64,000 nt of DNA from Poseidonia sp. GTDB lineage: Archaea > Thermoplasmatota > Poseidoniia > Poseidoniales > Poseidoniaceae. Below the pieces are notes generated by a model, which had not been told where the DNA came from, made no database searches, and was given only the letters and a program-made list of their open reading frames with translations. Shown here piece by piece: positions 1 to 8,435 of this stretch. Location: assembly GCA_965661285.1 (NCBI GenBank), contig CBFIDD010000003.1, positions 32,001-96,000 on the forward strand, written 5' to 3'. Every line of letters starts with the position of its first letter. The first letter of the stretch is position 1. The translations under genes were made by a program, and so were the position numbers.

Positions 1-55
1 CAACGAACAGCCCCGCGAGCCAGAAGAAAACGAAGGCTTGCGTCGCTTCTTCCAT
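1..55 (-). CDS. N-terminal fragment of a probable membrane protein (runs off the window edge)
   Basis: ATG at 55-53 opens MEEATQAFVFFWLAGLFV, which is hydrophobic. It is divergent from rpl44e, with a TATA-like TTTATA at 77-82 about 25 bp upstream. Confidence 0.45.
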   Translation of the reverse strand, partial: MEEATQAFVFFWLAGLFV

Positions 56-183
56 GGCGTGTGCTGGTCGCAGAGATTTATAGAGAATCCCACTCATAGA
101 GGAGCAGCCCTCCGATTCCACCAAAACCGATGGCGGAGGGCATAAATACCCCCCCTCTGTGGGCTGAACGCTTAGGTGTTCAC

Positions 184-468
184 ATGGTGAAGCGACCCCG
201 TCAAGTTATGCGATACAGCCCGTCTGCTGGAAAGCACACCCTCCACACCGTGGAGCGTGTCAAGAAGCGACGTGCTTCCGAACTCCGCTGGGGTCAGCGA
301 CGCTTCCGCCGTGTTATGGCTGGATACCGTGGTTTCCCACGTCCCAAGCCCGATGGCCGTGAAAAGCCAACCAAGCGAGTGAACATTCTCTACCGGTGCA
401 CAGAAACCGGAAAAGCCCACTACGCACCTTGCAAGCGTGCAAAGAAATTCGAGCTTGTTGACCGATGA
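184..468 (+). CDS. rpl44e: 50S ribosomal protein L44e
   Basis: KHTLHTVERVKK, WGQRRFRR..GYRGFPRP, KPTKRV, KRAKKFEL. First gene of the conserved L44e-S27e-aIF2a-Nop10 operon. Start placed at ATG 184. Confidence 0.95.
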   Translation: MVKRPRQVMRYSPSAGKHTLHTVERVKKRRASELRWGQRRFRRVMAGYRGFPRPKPDGREKPTKRVNILYRCTETGKAHYAPCKRAKKFELVDR

Positions 469-478
469 GGCGAATCAC

Positions 479-649
479 ATGACCAACCATTTTCTTAGAG
501 TAAGTTGCCGCGACTGCGGAAGCGAATCCATTATCTTTTCACGCGCCACGACATCCATTGCTTGCGGTGTTTGCAGCGCAACCTTGACCAAACCGGCGGG
601 CGGCAAAGCCGACCTCGTTGGCTGCACTGTTGTGGAAGCCCTGAACTGA
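479..649 (+). CDS. rps27e: 30S ribosomal protein S27e
   Basis: FLRVSCRDCG...IACGVCSATLTKPAGGKA C4 zinc ribbon; operon context. Confidence 0.95.
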   Translation: MTNHFLRVSCRDCGSESIIFSRATTSIACGVCSATLTKPAGGKADLVGCTVVEALN

Positions 650-664
650 GGAGGCTGAGCCTCC

Positions 665-1453
665 ATGTCAAATCAAGACGGTGCCACCCCCGAGGAAGGG
701 GAATTGGTGGTCGCCACCATCACCACTGTCAAACAGAACGGCGCCTATGTTCTCCTCGACGAGTACGAGGGCATTGAAGGGTTCATCTTCATTGGTGAAA
801 TCGCCTCGGGCTGGGTCAAGAACATCCGAGGATTCGTCCGAGAAGGCCAGCGCGTGATCTGCAAAGTCATGCGAACCCGTCGAGACGGAACCTCACTGGA
901 ACTCTCCCTGAAATCAGTCTCCGAAGAGCGACGTCGAGACCGCCTCCAGGAATGGAAAAACGAACAACGCGCCGCACAATTGATCAAAGTTCTCGGCGAG
1001 AAAGTCGGATGGGATGAGGAACAAATCGCCGAACAATCGATTGAACTCGCCGATGCCTTCGGTGGCCTTTACGCCGCCTTTGAGGAAGCAGCCATGCAGG
1101 AAGGTGCACTGCAAAACGCTGGATTTGAAGGCGACTGGTTGGCTGCATTCATTGAACTCGCCGTGGAAAACATCATTCCGCCCTTCGTCGAAGTACGGGG
1201 CATTCTCACGCTCTCAATCAACGTCACCGACGGCGTCTCCGTGATTCGCTCGGCCCTGCAGGCCGCCGAATCCCTCTCCGATGAAGAGCAAGAAATCGAG
1301 GTCAAGTGTTTCTACGACGGTGCACCATCCTATCGGCTTGAGTTGCGAGCACCCGATTTCAAAGTCGCTGAAACGATGTGGGAGCAAGCAACAACAGCGG
1401 TGATCGACCACATGACTGCCGCAGGTGGAGAAGCCACCGCACAACGAGCGTGA
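665..1453 (+). CDS. eif2a: translation initiation factor 2 subunit alpha (aIF2-alpha)
   Basis: N-terminal S1 domain PEEGELVV..GAYVLLDEY..EIASGWVKNIR, LSLK; C-terminal GAPSYRL..APDFKVAE. Confidence 0.95.
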   Translation: MSNQDGATPEEGELVVATITTVKQNGAYVLLDEYEGIEGFIFIGEIASGWVKNIRGFVREGQRVICKVMRTRRDGTSLELSLKSVSEERRRDRLQEWKNEQRAAQLIKVLGEKVGWDEEQIAEQSIELADAFGGLYAAFEEAAMQEGALQNAGFEGDWLAAFIELAVENIIPPFVEVRGILTLSINVTDGVSVIRSALQAAESLSDEEQEIEVKCFYDGAPSYRLELRAPDFKVAETMWEQATTAVIDHMTAAGGEATAQRA

Positions 1454-1457
1454 GCCC

Positions 1458-1697
1458 ATGGCCAAGCAACGCATGCAACAATGCCTCTCGTGTGGGGCCT
1501 TCTCACTCAACACGACCTGCCCGCTCTGTGGAGAGCGAGCTCAGGCCGCAGCGCCGTTGAAGTGGTCACCTGAAGACCATCGGGCTGCACTCCGTCGAAA
1601 GATGAACGGTGTGGAGGACGCCGCATGGCCTGCTCAACTCGCCACGTTGCCAAGCCTTGAGGAGATGAAGGCTCAATCCCCCGGTGAAGAAGAGTGA
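1458..1697 (+). CDS. nop10: H/ACA RNP protein Nop10
   Basis: CLSCGAFSLNTTCPLCG...PLKWSPED..LRR, following aIF2a; carries an extended acidic C-terminal tail. Confidence 0.9.
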   Translation: MAKQRMQQCLSCGAFSLNTTCPLCGERAQAAAPLKWSPEDHRAALRRKMNGVEDAAWPAQLATLPSLEEMKAQSPGEEE

Positions 1698-1709
1698 AAC
1701 GCCCGACCG

Positions 1710-1757
1710 GAGATGCACCTCAAATCAAGTGCAACCTGAGTCCGAGCATCTCAAACA
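1710..1757 (+). ncRNA. possible H/ACA-type guide hairpin (alternatively a terminator-like stem-loop)
   Basis: Perfect 7-bp stem GAGATGC (1710-1716)/GCATCTC (1746-1752) followed by AA-ACA (1755-1757), with internal CTGA. No canonical K-turn seen. Confidence 0.3.
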
Positions 1758-1788
1758 TTATACTGCGTGTTGCGTGGATTGTTAGTTC

Positions 1789-2544
1789 ATGACCATGCGA
1801 ATCGAGTGGCGAGGAAGTGCCACAGAACTTCCGCAGGGCTCAACGGCACTCGTGGCTTTTCCCGGCGTGGGCAACATTGGCAAGACCGCGGTTGATTCTG
1901 TTTGTGAACTCCATGAATCCGTTGAACTGTTGCGCCTTCACCCTGTTGGCCTCCCGCCACATGCACAACTGGACGATGACGGATTGCTCGCCCCGCCTCA
2001 CCTGAGCATTCACCACATTCACACGCCAACGGGGAAATCGCTGATCACCCTGACCGGAAAGACGCAGCCGACCGAACCCAGCCAGCAGTCCATACTGGCA
2101 GCGGAATTGATGGCGTTTTTCCAAGAACAAGGGATTTCAACCGTTCTCGTGCTCGCTGGAATGTTTGATAAACCCGAGAACAAGGAGACCTTCGCCGTGG
2201 CAAGTTCAACCTCCTTCCGCATCGACATGGAATCCATGGGCGTTGATGTTCGCCGAGATAAACCAAAATCCGGAGCCATTGGCATGCCAGCCCTGCTGGC
2301 CTCTACGGGCCCGCTGTACGGCATCAACTCAGCGTGCATCATCGCCACCAGCGTGGGCTCAAGTGCCGACATCATGGGTTCACAACGCATGCTTGAACAC
2401 CTTGAGCGGTGGTTTGAATTTGGATTGACCGTTCCAACCGATGGTGGAGAATGGTTGCGAGAAAAACTCGAAGCCATTGCACCAGCCGTGAAAGAGGACC
2501 TTGTGAAGGAAATGACCGCATCCCATGATGCGTTCTATATGTGA
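1789..2544 (+). CDS. PAC2-family proteasome assembly chaperone (PbaA/PbaB-like)
   Basis: AFPGVGNIGK motif, GKTQP, IGMPALL, C-terminal HbYX-like ...FYM. This family commonly follows nop10 in archaea. Confidence 0.85.
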   Translation: MTMRIEWRGSATELPQGSTALVAFPGVGNIGKTAVDSVCELHESVELLRLHPVGLPPHAQLDDDGLLAPPHLSIHHIHTPTGKSLITLTGKTQPTEPSQQSILAAELMAFFQEQGISTVLVLAGMFDKPENKETFAVASSTSFRIDMESMGVDVRRDKPKSGAIGMPALLASTGPLYGINSACIIATSVGSSADIMGSQRMLEHLERWFEFGLTVPTDGGEWLREKLEAIAPAVKEDLVKEMTASHDAFYM

Positions 2545-2549
2545 GAGAG

Positions 2550-2632
2550 CGCCGAGAGAGGGATTTGAACCCCCGCGTCCAAGGGACAGTGGATTTCGAA
2601 TCCACCGCAATACCGGGCTATGCGACCTCGGC
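2550..2632 (-). tRNA. tRNA-Ser(CGA)
   Basis: Reverse complement folds as acceptor GCCGAGG/TCTCGGC, anticodon arm GTGGA-TTCGAAA-TCCAC, long variable arm GTCC-CTT-GGAC, T-arm GGGGG-TTCAAAT-CCCTC, discriminator G. CCA is not encoded and there is no intron. Confidence 0.95.
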
Positions 2633-2687
2633 TCTGCCCCCCGGCTCTTGCGCCACCGTCATAAGCATGATGTTTGGTCGGGATGTC

Positions 2688-2888
2688 ATGGAGGTTCACT
2701 TCCACGGCAGGGATGTCGACACCAAGGTGGAGGTGGAACCAGGCTGTACGGTGCGCCAAGCGCTGGAACAAGCCAACGTCTTACCGTCGATGGTGATCGT
2801 GAGCTACGAGGGGACGGTCCTTCCCCATTCAACGCCGCTCCAGCAAAGCGTGGAGCTCCTGGTGACCACGATCTCCTCAGGCGGCTGA
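2688..2888 (+). CDS. MoaD/ThiS-family ubiquitin-like protein (SAMP-like)
   Basis: 66-aa beta-grasp pattern (TVRQALEQ..V.V...G.VLP) ending in diglycine ISSGG*. Confidence 0.85.
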   Translation: MEVHFHGRDVDTKVEVEPGCTVRQALEQANVLPSMVIVSYEGTVLPHSTPLQQSVELLVTTISSGG

Positions 2889-4730
2889 ACGCTCAACGCG
2901 TTCGATGATCTGCAACCGAGAATTTCTCGTGTAGTCACAGCGAATTTCCGAGGCCCAAGCGTCCAATCCGACGTTGGCAACCACAACAACATCACCAACT
3001 TCCAGCATGGCGTATTGGGAATTCCAGTCGTCGGCCCAACCTTCCACCTTGCAAGCACCGGTGTGGTCCATCAACATGAGGCCCTTTCTCGACCACGCTT
3101 TCCCGTTTTTCCCGACGCCCGATTTTTCATAGGTGTAGACCACCGTGCCGCCCACATTGTATTTGGCCTGATAATCAAACAAGTCAAAGGATTCCACATC
3201 GGGGTCCTCATCTGCCTCCAATCGAGAAAACGGGTCCATTTTCAGCACGATTTCACCCTTCCAGTTGATGGTGAAAATGGCATCTTTGAGCAACACCTTC
3301 GCCCCCTTCATGGCGGGTACGGCGACCGTCGGCTCACCATCAGAGGCTGAGGTCGCCACGACTTGGATATGCGCTTTGTTGACGCCCTGTTTCAAGGTCA
3401 TTTTCAATGGTATGTTATCCTTTACATAGCCTACTGAGAACAATTCTCCACGCACCGTCGCCCGAGGATTCAGTGCACCAATTTCGTGAACGGTCGTCTC
3501 TTGGTTGAATCCCGGAAGTTGCACCTTTCCGGGGAGACGTTCGTCGTCGGTGCCGTCTCCACCCGGGCAAACCGCACGCCAGTCACACGAATCACATCGT
3601 GATACAGAAGGTGCCTCAGCGGGCACACCCCCAGGAGAAAACCCTCGCATCGCACTGGGTGTTGGAGGACAATCGAGCAGTTGCGGTGCGTTTTCCTTGA
3701 GTTCCTCCCAGAGCGTTTTCATCTCTGTTTCAATCGCTTCCATCTCCTCAACGGTTGGCACGGCGACCGACTTGATGCTCGGGTGGCCGAGGTACCAAAT
3801 TTCGAGACCACCCACCGATTCTTGGCGCTGGTGCGTCATGTACCAAAGCATGGCATACATCTGCAATTGTTTAACATAGTCTCCAGAACGGTCGTTCGCC
3901 CCCAGGCTGGCTTTGAGGTCAACGATGACGGGTGTGCCCGACCACCGGTACACAAGGTCGTACTCCCCTTGGAACCAGTGTTCCGGGTGTATGGCGTTCA
4001 TGGTAAATTTTGGTGCGCTGGGATCGACGAACCACGGTCGGGCGAGTTCCCAAGCCTCCGTCCACGAGACGTGACCTTCTCCTGCGAGTGGATGGCCGCC
4101 TGAGAACGATTCGTGAGGGAAGCCATCGGGTGCCGGCCACGTTGGCCGTTCGCCTCTTCGCCACGCATCTTTGCTTTGGCCGCCGTCCGCTTGGAAGCAA
4201 CGCTCCACCTCATCCAAATGGAAGCGAAGTGCACTTTCGACCATGTGCATGCAGCGCTCTTGGTCAACCTCGCTCCAATCACCTGCTTTTCGTTCGTCCT
4301 TTTCCCACTCGAGGCGCATACGTTCCAAAGCCGGAGGAAGATGAACTCGGCACCGCTCAAGCGCCCATGCCTCGAGGTCGGACTTCGATTGGGGTACTTC
4401 CGTCGGGAACAATGGCATCAAGCCCATGGAGGGCCAAACGTATTCGCCTTGCGGGAGTGGCGTGCCGTCCTCAGCATACGGCGAGGTGCCAATGGTGTAC
4501 TCGCCAGCGTTGGCGAGAAGAAAACCAGGTGATTCCCGAAGGACATGGCAAACGGCTTCTTCCACCGCTCTTCCGACAAAGAGAACGGGTATCTGAGGCA
4601 TCTTGAACCGGTAGACTTTCTGGTAATACCAGAGGCGAGGGCAAGCCGTGTAGGTGTTTGCTTGGCTTGCTGAAATCCGGTTGTATGGCCCGACCGTGTC
4701 CTCCTCGCTGTTGGCCATGTGAACCGGCAT
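2877..4730 (-). CDS. PD-(D/E)XK (Cas4/AddB-like) Fe-S nuclease fused to C-terminal OB folds, paralog A
   Basis: ISASQ..Y..CPR.W, GEYDLV, IVDLK, QLQMY, CxxCx5C (CDSCDWRAVC). The C-terminal segment resembles an RPA OB fold (LMDHTG.CKV.GW...LEVGDVV.V.N). Start placed at ATG 4730. Confidence 0.85.
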   Translation of the reverse strand: MPVHMANSEEDTVGPYNRISASQANTYTACPRLWYYQKVYRFKMPQIPVLFVGRAVEEAVCHVLRESPGFLLANAGEYTIGTSPYAEDGTPLPQGEYVWPSMGLMPLFPTEVPQSKSDLEAWALERCRVHLPPALERMRLEWEKDERKAGDWSEVDQERCMHMVESALRFHLDEVERCFQADGGQSKDAWRRGERPTWPAPDGFPHESFSGGHPLAGEGHVSWTEAWELARPWFVDPSAPKFTMNAIHPEHWFQGEYDLVYRWSGTPVIVDLKASLGANDRSGDYVKQLQMYAMLWYMTHQRQESVGGLEIWYLGHPSIKSVAVPTVEEMEAIETEMKTLWEELKENAPQLLDCPPTPSAMRGFSPGGVPAEAPSVSRCDSCDWRAVCPGGDGTDDERLPGKVQLPGFNQETTVHEIGALNPRATVRGELFSVGYVKDNIPLKMTLKQGVNKAHIQVVATSASDGEPTVAVPAMKGAKVLLKDAIFTINWKGEIVLKMDPFSRLEADEDPDVESFDLFDYQAKYNVGGTVVYTYEKSGVGKNGKAWSRKGLMLMDHTGACKVEGWADDWNSQYAMLEVGDVVVVANVGLDAWASEIRCDYTRNSRLQIIERVERSAA

Positions 4731-4781
4731 GTCACAAGGACACCCTCCACTCTTTTTCAAGCCTCAGTGCGGTGATGGTGC

Positions 4782-6527
4782 TCAACGCGTACCGAAGGTT
4801 TCCATTCGGGTCTTCCGGTTGTCAATGCGAAGTTGGAGCAAGCCTGAGCGCCAGCCGAGCTCAACCCCCGTCATCGCAACACCGTCGCCGGGACGCAAGG
4901 AAAGAAGCCGCTGGTTGATGCTCGAGCCAAAGGCCACAACCTCTGCGACATGATGGCCGTCCCACAACATGAGGGCGAGCATGGTCCAAGGTTTTCCATC
5001 GATACGGGTGCCCGACCTTTGACGAATACCAAGGACATGGCCTTTCACATTGGCACGAGTTCGAAGCAAACCAAGGCGGGTTATCGGTGGCAAATCTTCC
5101 TCGCTCACCTCGCCTTCACTGTGCAAAACGGTGTTGGTATCAACGTAGAGACGCGGTTGGTCTCGCCAAACCCCCGGAAGTGCGTCCACGAGAACGATCT
5201 CACGTTCCATATGCTCGTGAAGTTGAGAAAACGCACCCGGTTCACTCTCTTCCACGGTGATATGTTGCTGACCAACGACCAAGACAGCACCCAAAACTGG
5301 CTCGGAAAAATGATTGGGCATTGGACCCCATGCACCGGTTAAGCGACCTCGCACGGTCACCCGACCTTGCACGTCACCCAAATGTGAATACGGGGCGTTC
5401 ATGCGCACCTCTGACAGAGAAGTGATCCACGCGAGGTGGTCCGGTACCGACCAATGGCCGTCCTCTGAGCGAGCCACGGCACACCAACCGCAACCTGCTG
5501 CGTCGCCTCCACATGCTTCCGACGGGGCGACCGGGAAGGCCTTGACGCCCTTCTCAACTTCTTGCATCGAACGGTGATGCTCGTGGAATTGGTTGGACAA
5601 CATCGGCATCTCATCCTTCGTAGGTGCATCGTACACCACGCGATGGGCGCCGTCCAGGTACCAACCCTCCATGCCGTCCGCGGTTTGACCCGCTTGGGTT
5701 TCATGCCACAGCCACGCGTAGAACCGGAGTTGATGTTCAAGGGAGGAGGCAAACGCTGAGCCGGGCGAACCTGATTTGATGTCCACAATCCGAACACGAC
5801 CGTCCCACCGCAGCACCATATCCAGTTCACCCGAGGCCCAACCTTCAGGGTGATAGAGTCGCTGAGGCTGATGAACGCGCGGGTCCTTGAACCACGGCCG
5901 GGCACATTCCCACGCTTCGTGCCAAGTGATGGGGTCGTCGGGAGAAGACCATACCGGGGAGGTATCCGAAGCCCAGGCACGCTTTTCAACATCCCTCACC
6001 TTGTCGGGGAGTGGGAAAACCGGTACAGTGCCAAGCGCAGGTTCCGGGACATCAAAGGGTTGACCCCCTGACCGACGAAGGGAAAGATGAGGCCCGCCCT
6101 CTGCGTTGAAACAGGCTTCAACCTCTTCAAAAAACAGGGTTAAGCCGCCTTCAAGCCGTGCTTCGAGGGCCGCAGGTTCCACCTTGTCCCATGCGTCTTC
6201 GCTCGTTTTCCACAAGACCTCGTCCCACATCGTTTGGCCGGTCGTGTACGCTCTGCGAGCCGCTTCGGGCACATGACCAAGCGCCCATGCTTTCAAATCC
6301 GCAACCGATGAAACCGCAGGGGGATGCATCATCAAGAGTTCACACAGAGTGTCTTCGAGCACGACACCCAGGATTTGCGAGGGTCGTGTTGGACCCTGAA
6401 GGCCAATCTGGTAGCTAAACAACCACTGCTTGGGACATCGCAGAAACGTGGTGAGCGAACTGGCGGAAATCCTGCCTCGGCTGCGACCGAGCGGGCCTCC
6501 ACGTGGAGGGAGACCTACAGGCATCAT
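4782..6527 (-). CDS. PD-(D/E)XK (Cas4/AddB-like) nuclease fused to C-terminal OB folds, paralog B
   Basis: ISASSL..F.RCPKQW, GELDMV, IVDIK, QLRFY, Cys cluster CGGDAAGCGWC; C-terminal OB fold (LWDG...VVAFG...LRPGDGV). Confidence 0.85.
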   Translation of the reverse strand: MMPVGLPPRGGPLGRSRGRISASSLTTFLRCPKQWLFSYQIGLQGPTRPSQILGVVLEDTLCELLMMHPPAVSSVADLKAWALGHVPEAARRAYTTGQTMWDEVLWKTSEDAWDKVEPAALEARLEGGLTLFFEEVEACFNAEGGPHLSLRRSGGQPFDVPEPALGTVPVFPLPDKVRDVEKRAWASDTSPVWSSPDDPITWHEAWECARPWFKDPRVHQPQRLYHPEGWASGELDMVLRWDGRVRIVDIKSGSPGSAFASSLEHQLRFYAWLWHETQAGQTADGMEGWYLDGAHRVVYDAPTKDEMPMLSNQFHEHHRSMQEVEKGVKAFPVAPSEACGGDAAGCGWCAVARSEDGHWSVPDHLAWITSLSEVRMNAPYSHLGDVQGRVTVRGRLTGAWGPMPNHFSEPVLGAVLVVGQQHITVEESEPGAFSQLHEHMEREIVLVDALPGVWRDQPRLYVDTNTVLHSEGEVSEEDLPPITRLGLLRTRANVKGHVLGIRQRSGTRIDGKPWTMLALMLWDGHHVAEVVAFGSSINQRLLSLRPGDGVAMTGVELGWRSGLLQLRIDNRKTRMETFGTR

Positions 6528-6563
6528 ATTCCCCCCTTCATCGAGGGCCTGGATGAAAAGGCA

Positions 6564-8342
6564 TCATGCATCGTACGAATAGTAGTCACCACTGCTGCGT
6601 TGTTCCCGGTCTTTCCTACTGGCGTTCTTGTTGATACGAGGTCGGCGAGAGTCGTGGTCTCTTCGGAAGGTGACGTCAACCCCGGCCAAGAAGCGATTCA
6701 TTCCCTCTCGCAGGTTGTACGGTCCCGTGGCCCGACCTTCCACCCCACCTTCACCCTCAAAAACAAGAAGGGAATCCGATACGATATCGATGAAATAGAC
6801 GTCGTGGTCGATGACAAAGGCCGATTTTTCATTTGCTTCCATCGTCCTCCGGATGGCTTTGGCGGCCTCCATTCGAGCGTTTGCATCAAGGTGGGCAGAG
6901 GGTTCGTCGAGAAGATAGAGATCGGCATCTCGGCCTAAGCAGAGCGCGATTGAGACCGCTTGGCGCTCACCGCCAGAGAGTTTCTTGATACGCTTCGGGA
7001 GAAGTTGGTCAACGCCCAAGGCCTTGATGACATTGACATTGAACTCACCGCTTCGCCATCGTGGGCCGAGTTCACTGTCCAACCAGAGTTGAACAGAGCC
7101 GTTGATATCGACATCGATGTGTTGGGGCTTGTAGGAAATCGTAGCGTCGGCGGTCACCCATCCTTCGTCATACTCGTGCTCGCCTGCGAGAATTTTGATC
7201 ATCGTCGATTTCCCGGTTCCGTTGGAGCCAACGACGCCGACGACTTCTGACCGGTGAACGGCGCCATCACCTGATGTGAGTTTAAACTCACCAAGTTGTT
7301 TTTCCAAGCCCCCCCAACTCACGATAGGGGTGCCAATTTCGGCTGAACGGTCGCGGTGACGCAGGAACTTGATGGGCTTGTCACGAATACGCACATTCTC
7401 TTCGGGAAGGAAACCATCGAGATAGGTGTTGATGGCTTGACGTGTTGAGCGGGCGGGGGTAAAGATGCCGAAAGCACCCTTCTTTCCATACACGATGTGA
7501 ACCAAGTCGGCCAGAACATCCAGGACGGCAAGGTCGTGCTCGATGACGATGACTCGCTTGGTTTCGGCCAGTTCTTGGATGATCCGGACAATGCGCATGC
7601 GCTCATGGATGTCGAGATAGGAGGAGGGTTCGTCGAAGAAGTACACGTCGACGTCACGAAGAATCGTCGCACAAATCGCCATGCGCTGCAATTCACCGCC
7701 GGAGAGTTGCTGTACGGTTCGCTGAAGCAGATGGTCGATGCCCAAGGAGCGCGTGGTCTCCTCCAGCAGCCCGCGCTCATCCACTTTACGCAGCAGGTCG
7801 TGGACAGTTCCGTTCACCCGCTTGGGGAGTTTGTCAACATTCTGAGGTTTGAGGGCCACTCGAACATTCCCTTTTTGCAGAGCGAGGAAAAAGTCCCGGA
7901 GTTCACCCTTTGGAAGGGACGCAATAACTGATTCCCAGTCCGGCTCTTGGTCCAGCCAATCTCCCAAGTTCGGCGTCATGCGGCCTGAGAGCGCACTGAT
8001 GGCAGTGGATTTCCCCATCCCGTTGGGCCCAAGGATGCCGACGACGCTCTCTTTGGAGGGTGTTGGCAAGCGAAACAATCGGAAGCCGTTCATCGAATAT
8101 CGGTGAATCATATCGGTTTCGAGTTCACTGGGAAGGTTTTCGATGATCAGGGCATCGTGTGGACACTTGTTGATGCAAATTCCACATCCGATGCACAGGC
8201 TTTCCGAGATGTGCGGTTTGCCGGTGTTTTCATCCATGATGATGCATTCTTGACCGTTGCGAACGGGGGGGCAGTAGACCTGGCATTCATCGTTGCACTT
8301 CTTCGGTTGACAGTTGTCTTCCTTCAGAACCGCAACACGCAT
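6564..8342 (-). CDS. rli: ribosome recycling ATPase ABCE1/RLI
   Basis: N-terminal 2x[4Fe-4S] domain (CQPKKC..C...CP; CIGCGIC..KCP), two ABC NBDs (GPNGMGKS, GSNGTGKS, LSGGE), C-terminal TFRRD..S.RPRINK. Confidence 0.97.
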   Translation of the reverse strand: MRVAVLKEDNCQPKKCNDECQVYCPPVRNGQECIIMDENTGKPHISESLCIGCGICINKCPHDALIIENLPSELETDMIHRYSMNGFRLFRLPTPSKESVVGILGPNGMGKSTAISALSGRMTPNLGDWLDQEPDWESVIASLPKGELRDFFLALQKGNVRVALKPQNVDKLPKRVNGTVHDLLRKVDERGLLEETTRSLGIDHLLQRTVQQLSGGELQRMAICATILRDVDVYFFDEPSSYLDIHERMRIVRIIQELAETKRVIVIEHDLAVLDVLADLVHIVYGKKGAFGIFTPARSTRQAINTYLDGFLPEENVRIRDKPIKFLRHRDRSAEIGTPIVSWGGLEKQLGEFKLTSGDGAVHRSEVVGVVGSNGTGKSTMIKILAGEHEYDEGWVTADATISYKPQHIDVDINGSVQLWLDSELGPRWRSGEFNVNVIKALGVDQLLPKRIKKLSGGERQAVSIALCLGRDADLYLLDEPSAHLDANARMEAAKAIRRTMEANEKSAFVIDHDVYFIDIVSDSLLVFEGEGGVEGRATGPYNLREGMNRFLAGVDVTFRRDHDSRRPRINKNASRKDREQRSSGDYYSYDA

Positions 8343-8435
8343 TCCGTCACCCAACCTGTCCTCTCGTCTGTTCTATTTTGTTTCACCTGCCATTCCCGGA
8401 TTAAAACCGGAAAAAGGCAATCCAGCGATTCCAGC

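Noticed and set aside
2550-2632. tRNA as the attachment site of an integrated element
   Set aside because: No integrase, and I saw no duplicated tRNA 3' end; the flanks are core genes.
2541-2687. N-terminal extension of the SAMP ORF (115-aa call)
   Set aside because: It overlaps the tRNA-Ser gene on the opposite strand; ATG 2688 gives a normal-sized beta-grasp protein.
2877-6527. CRISPR adaptation module (Cas4)
   Set aside because: No repeat-spacer array, cas1 or cas2 in the window. The proteins are about three times Cas4 length and sit among housekeeping genes.
8373-8393. Tiny uORF MAGETK* upstream of ABCE1
   Set aside because: Too short to support without conservation data.
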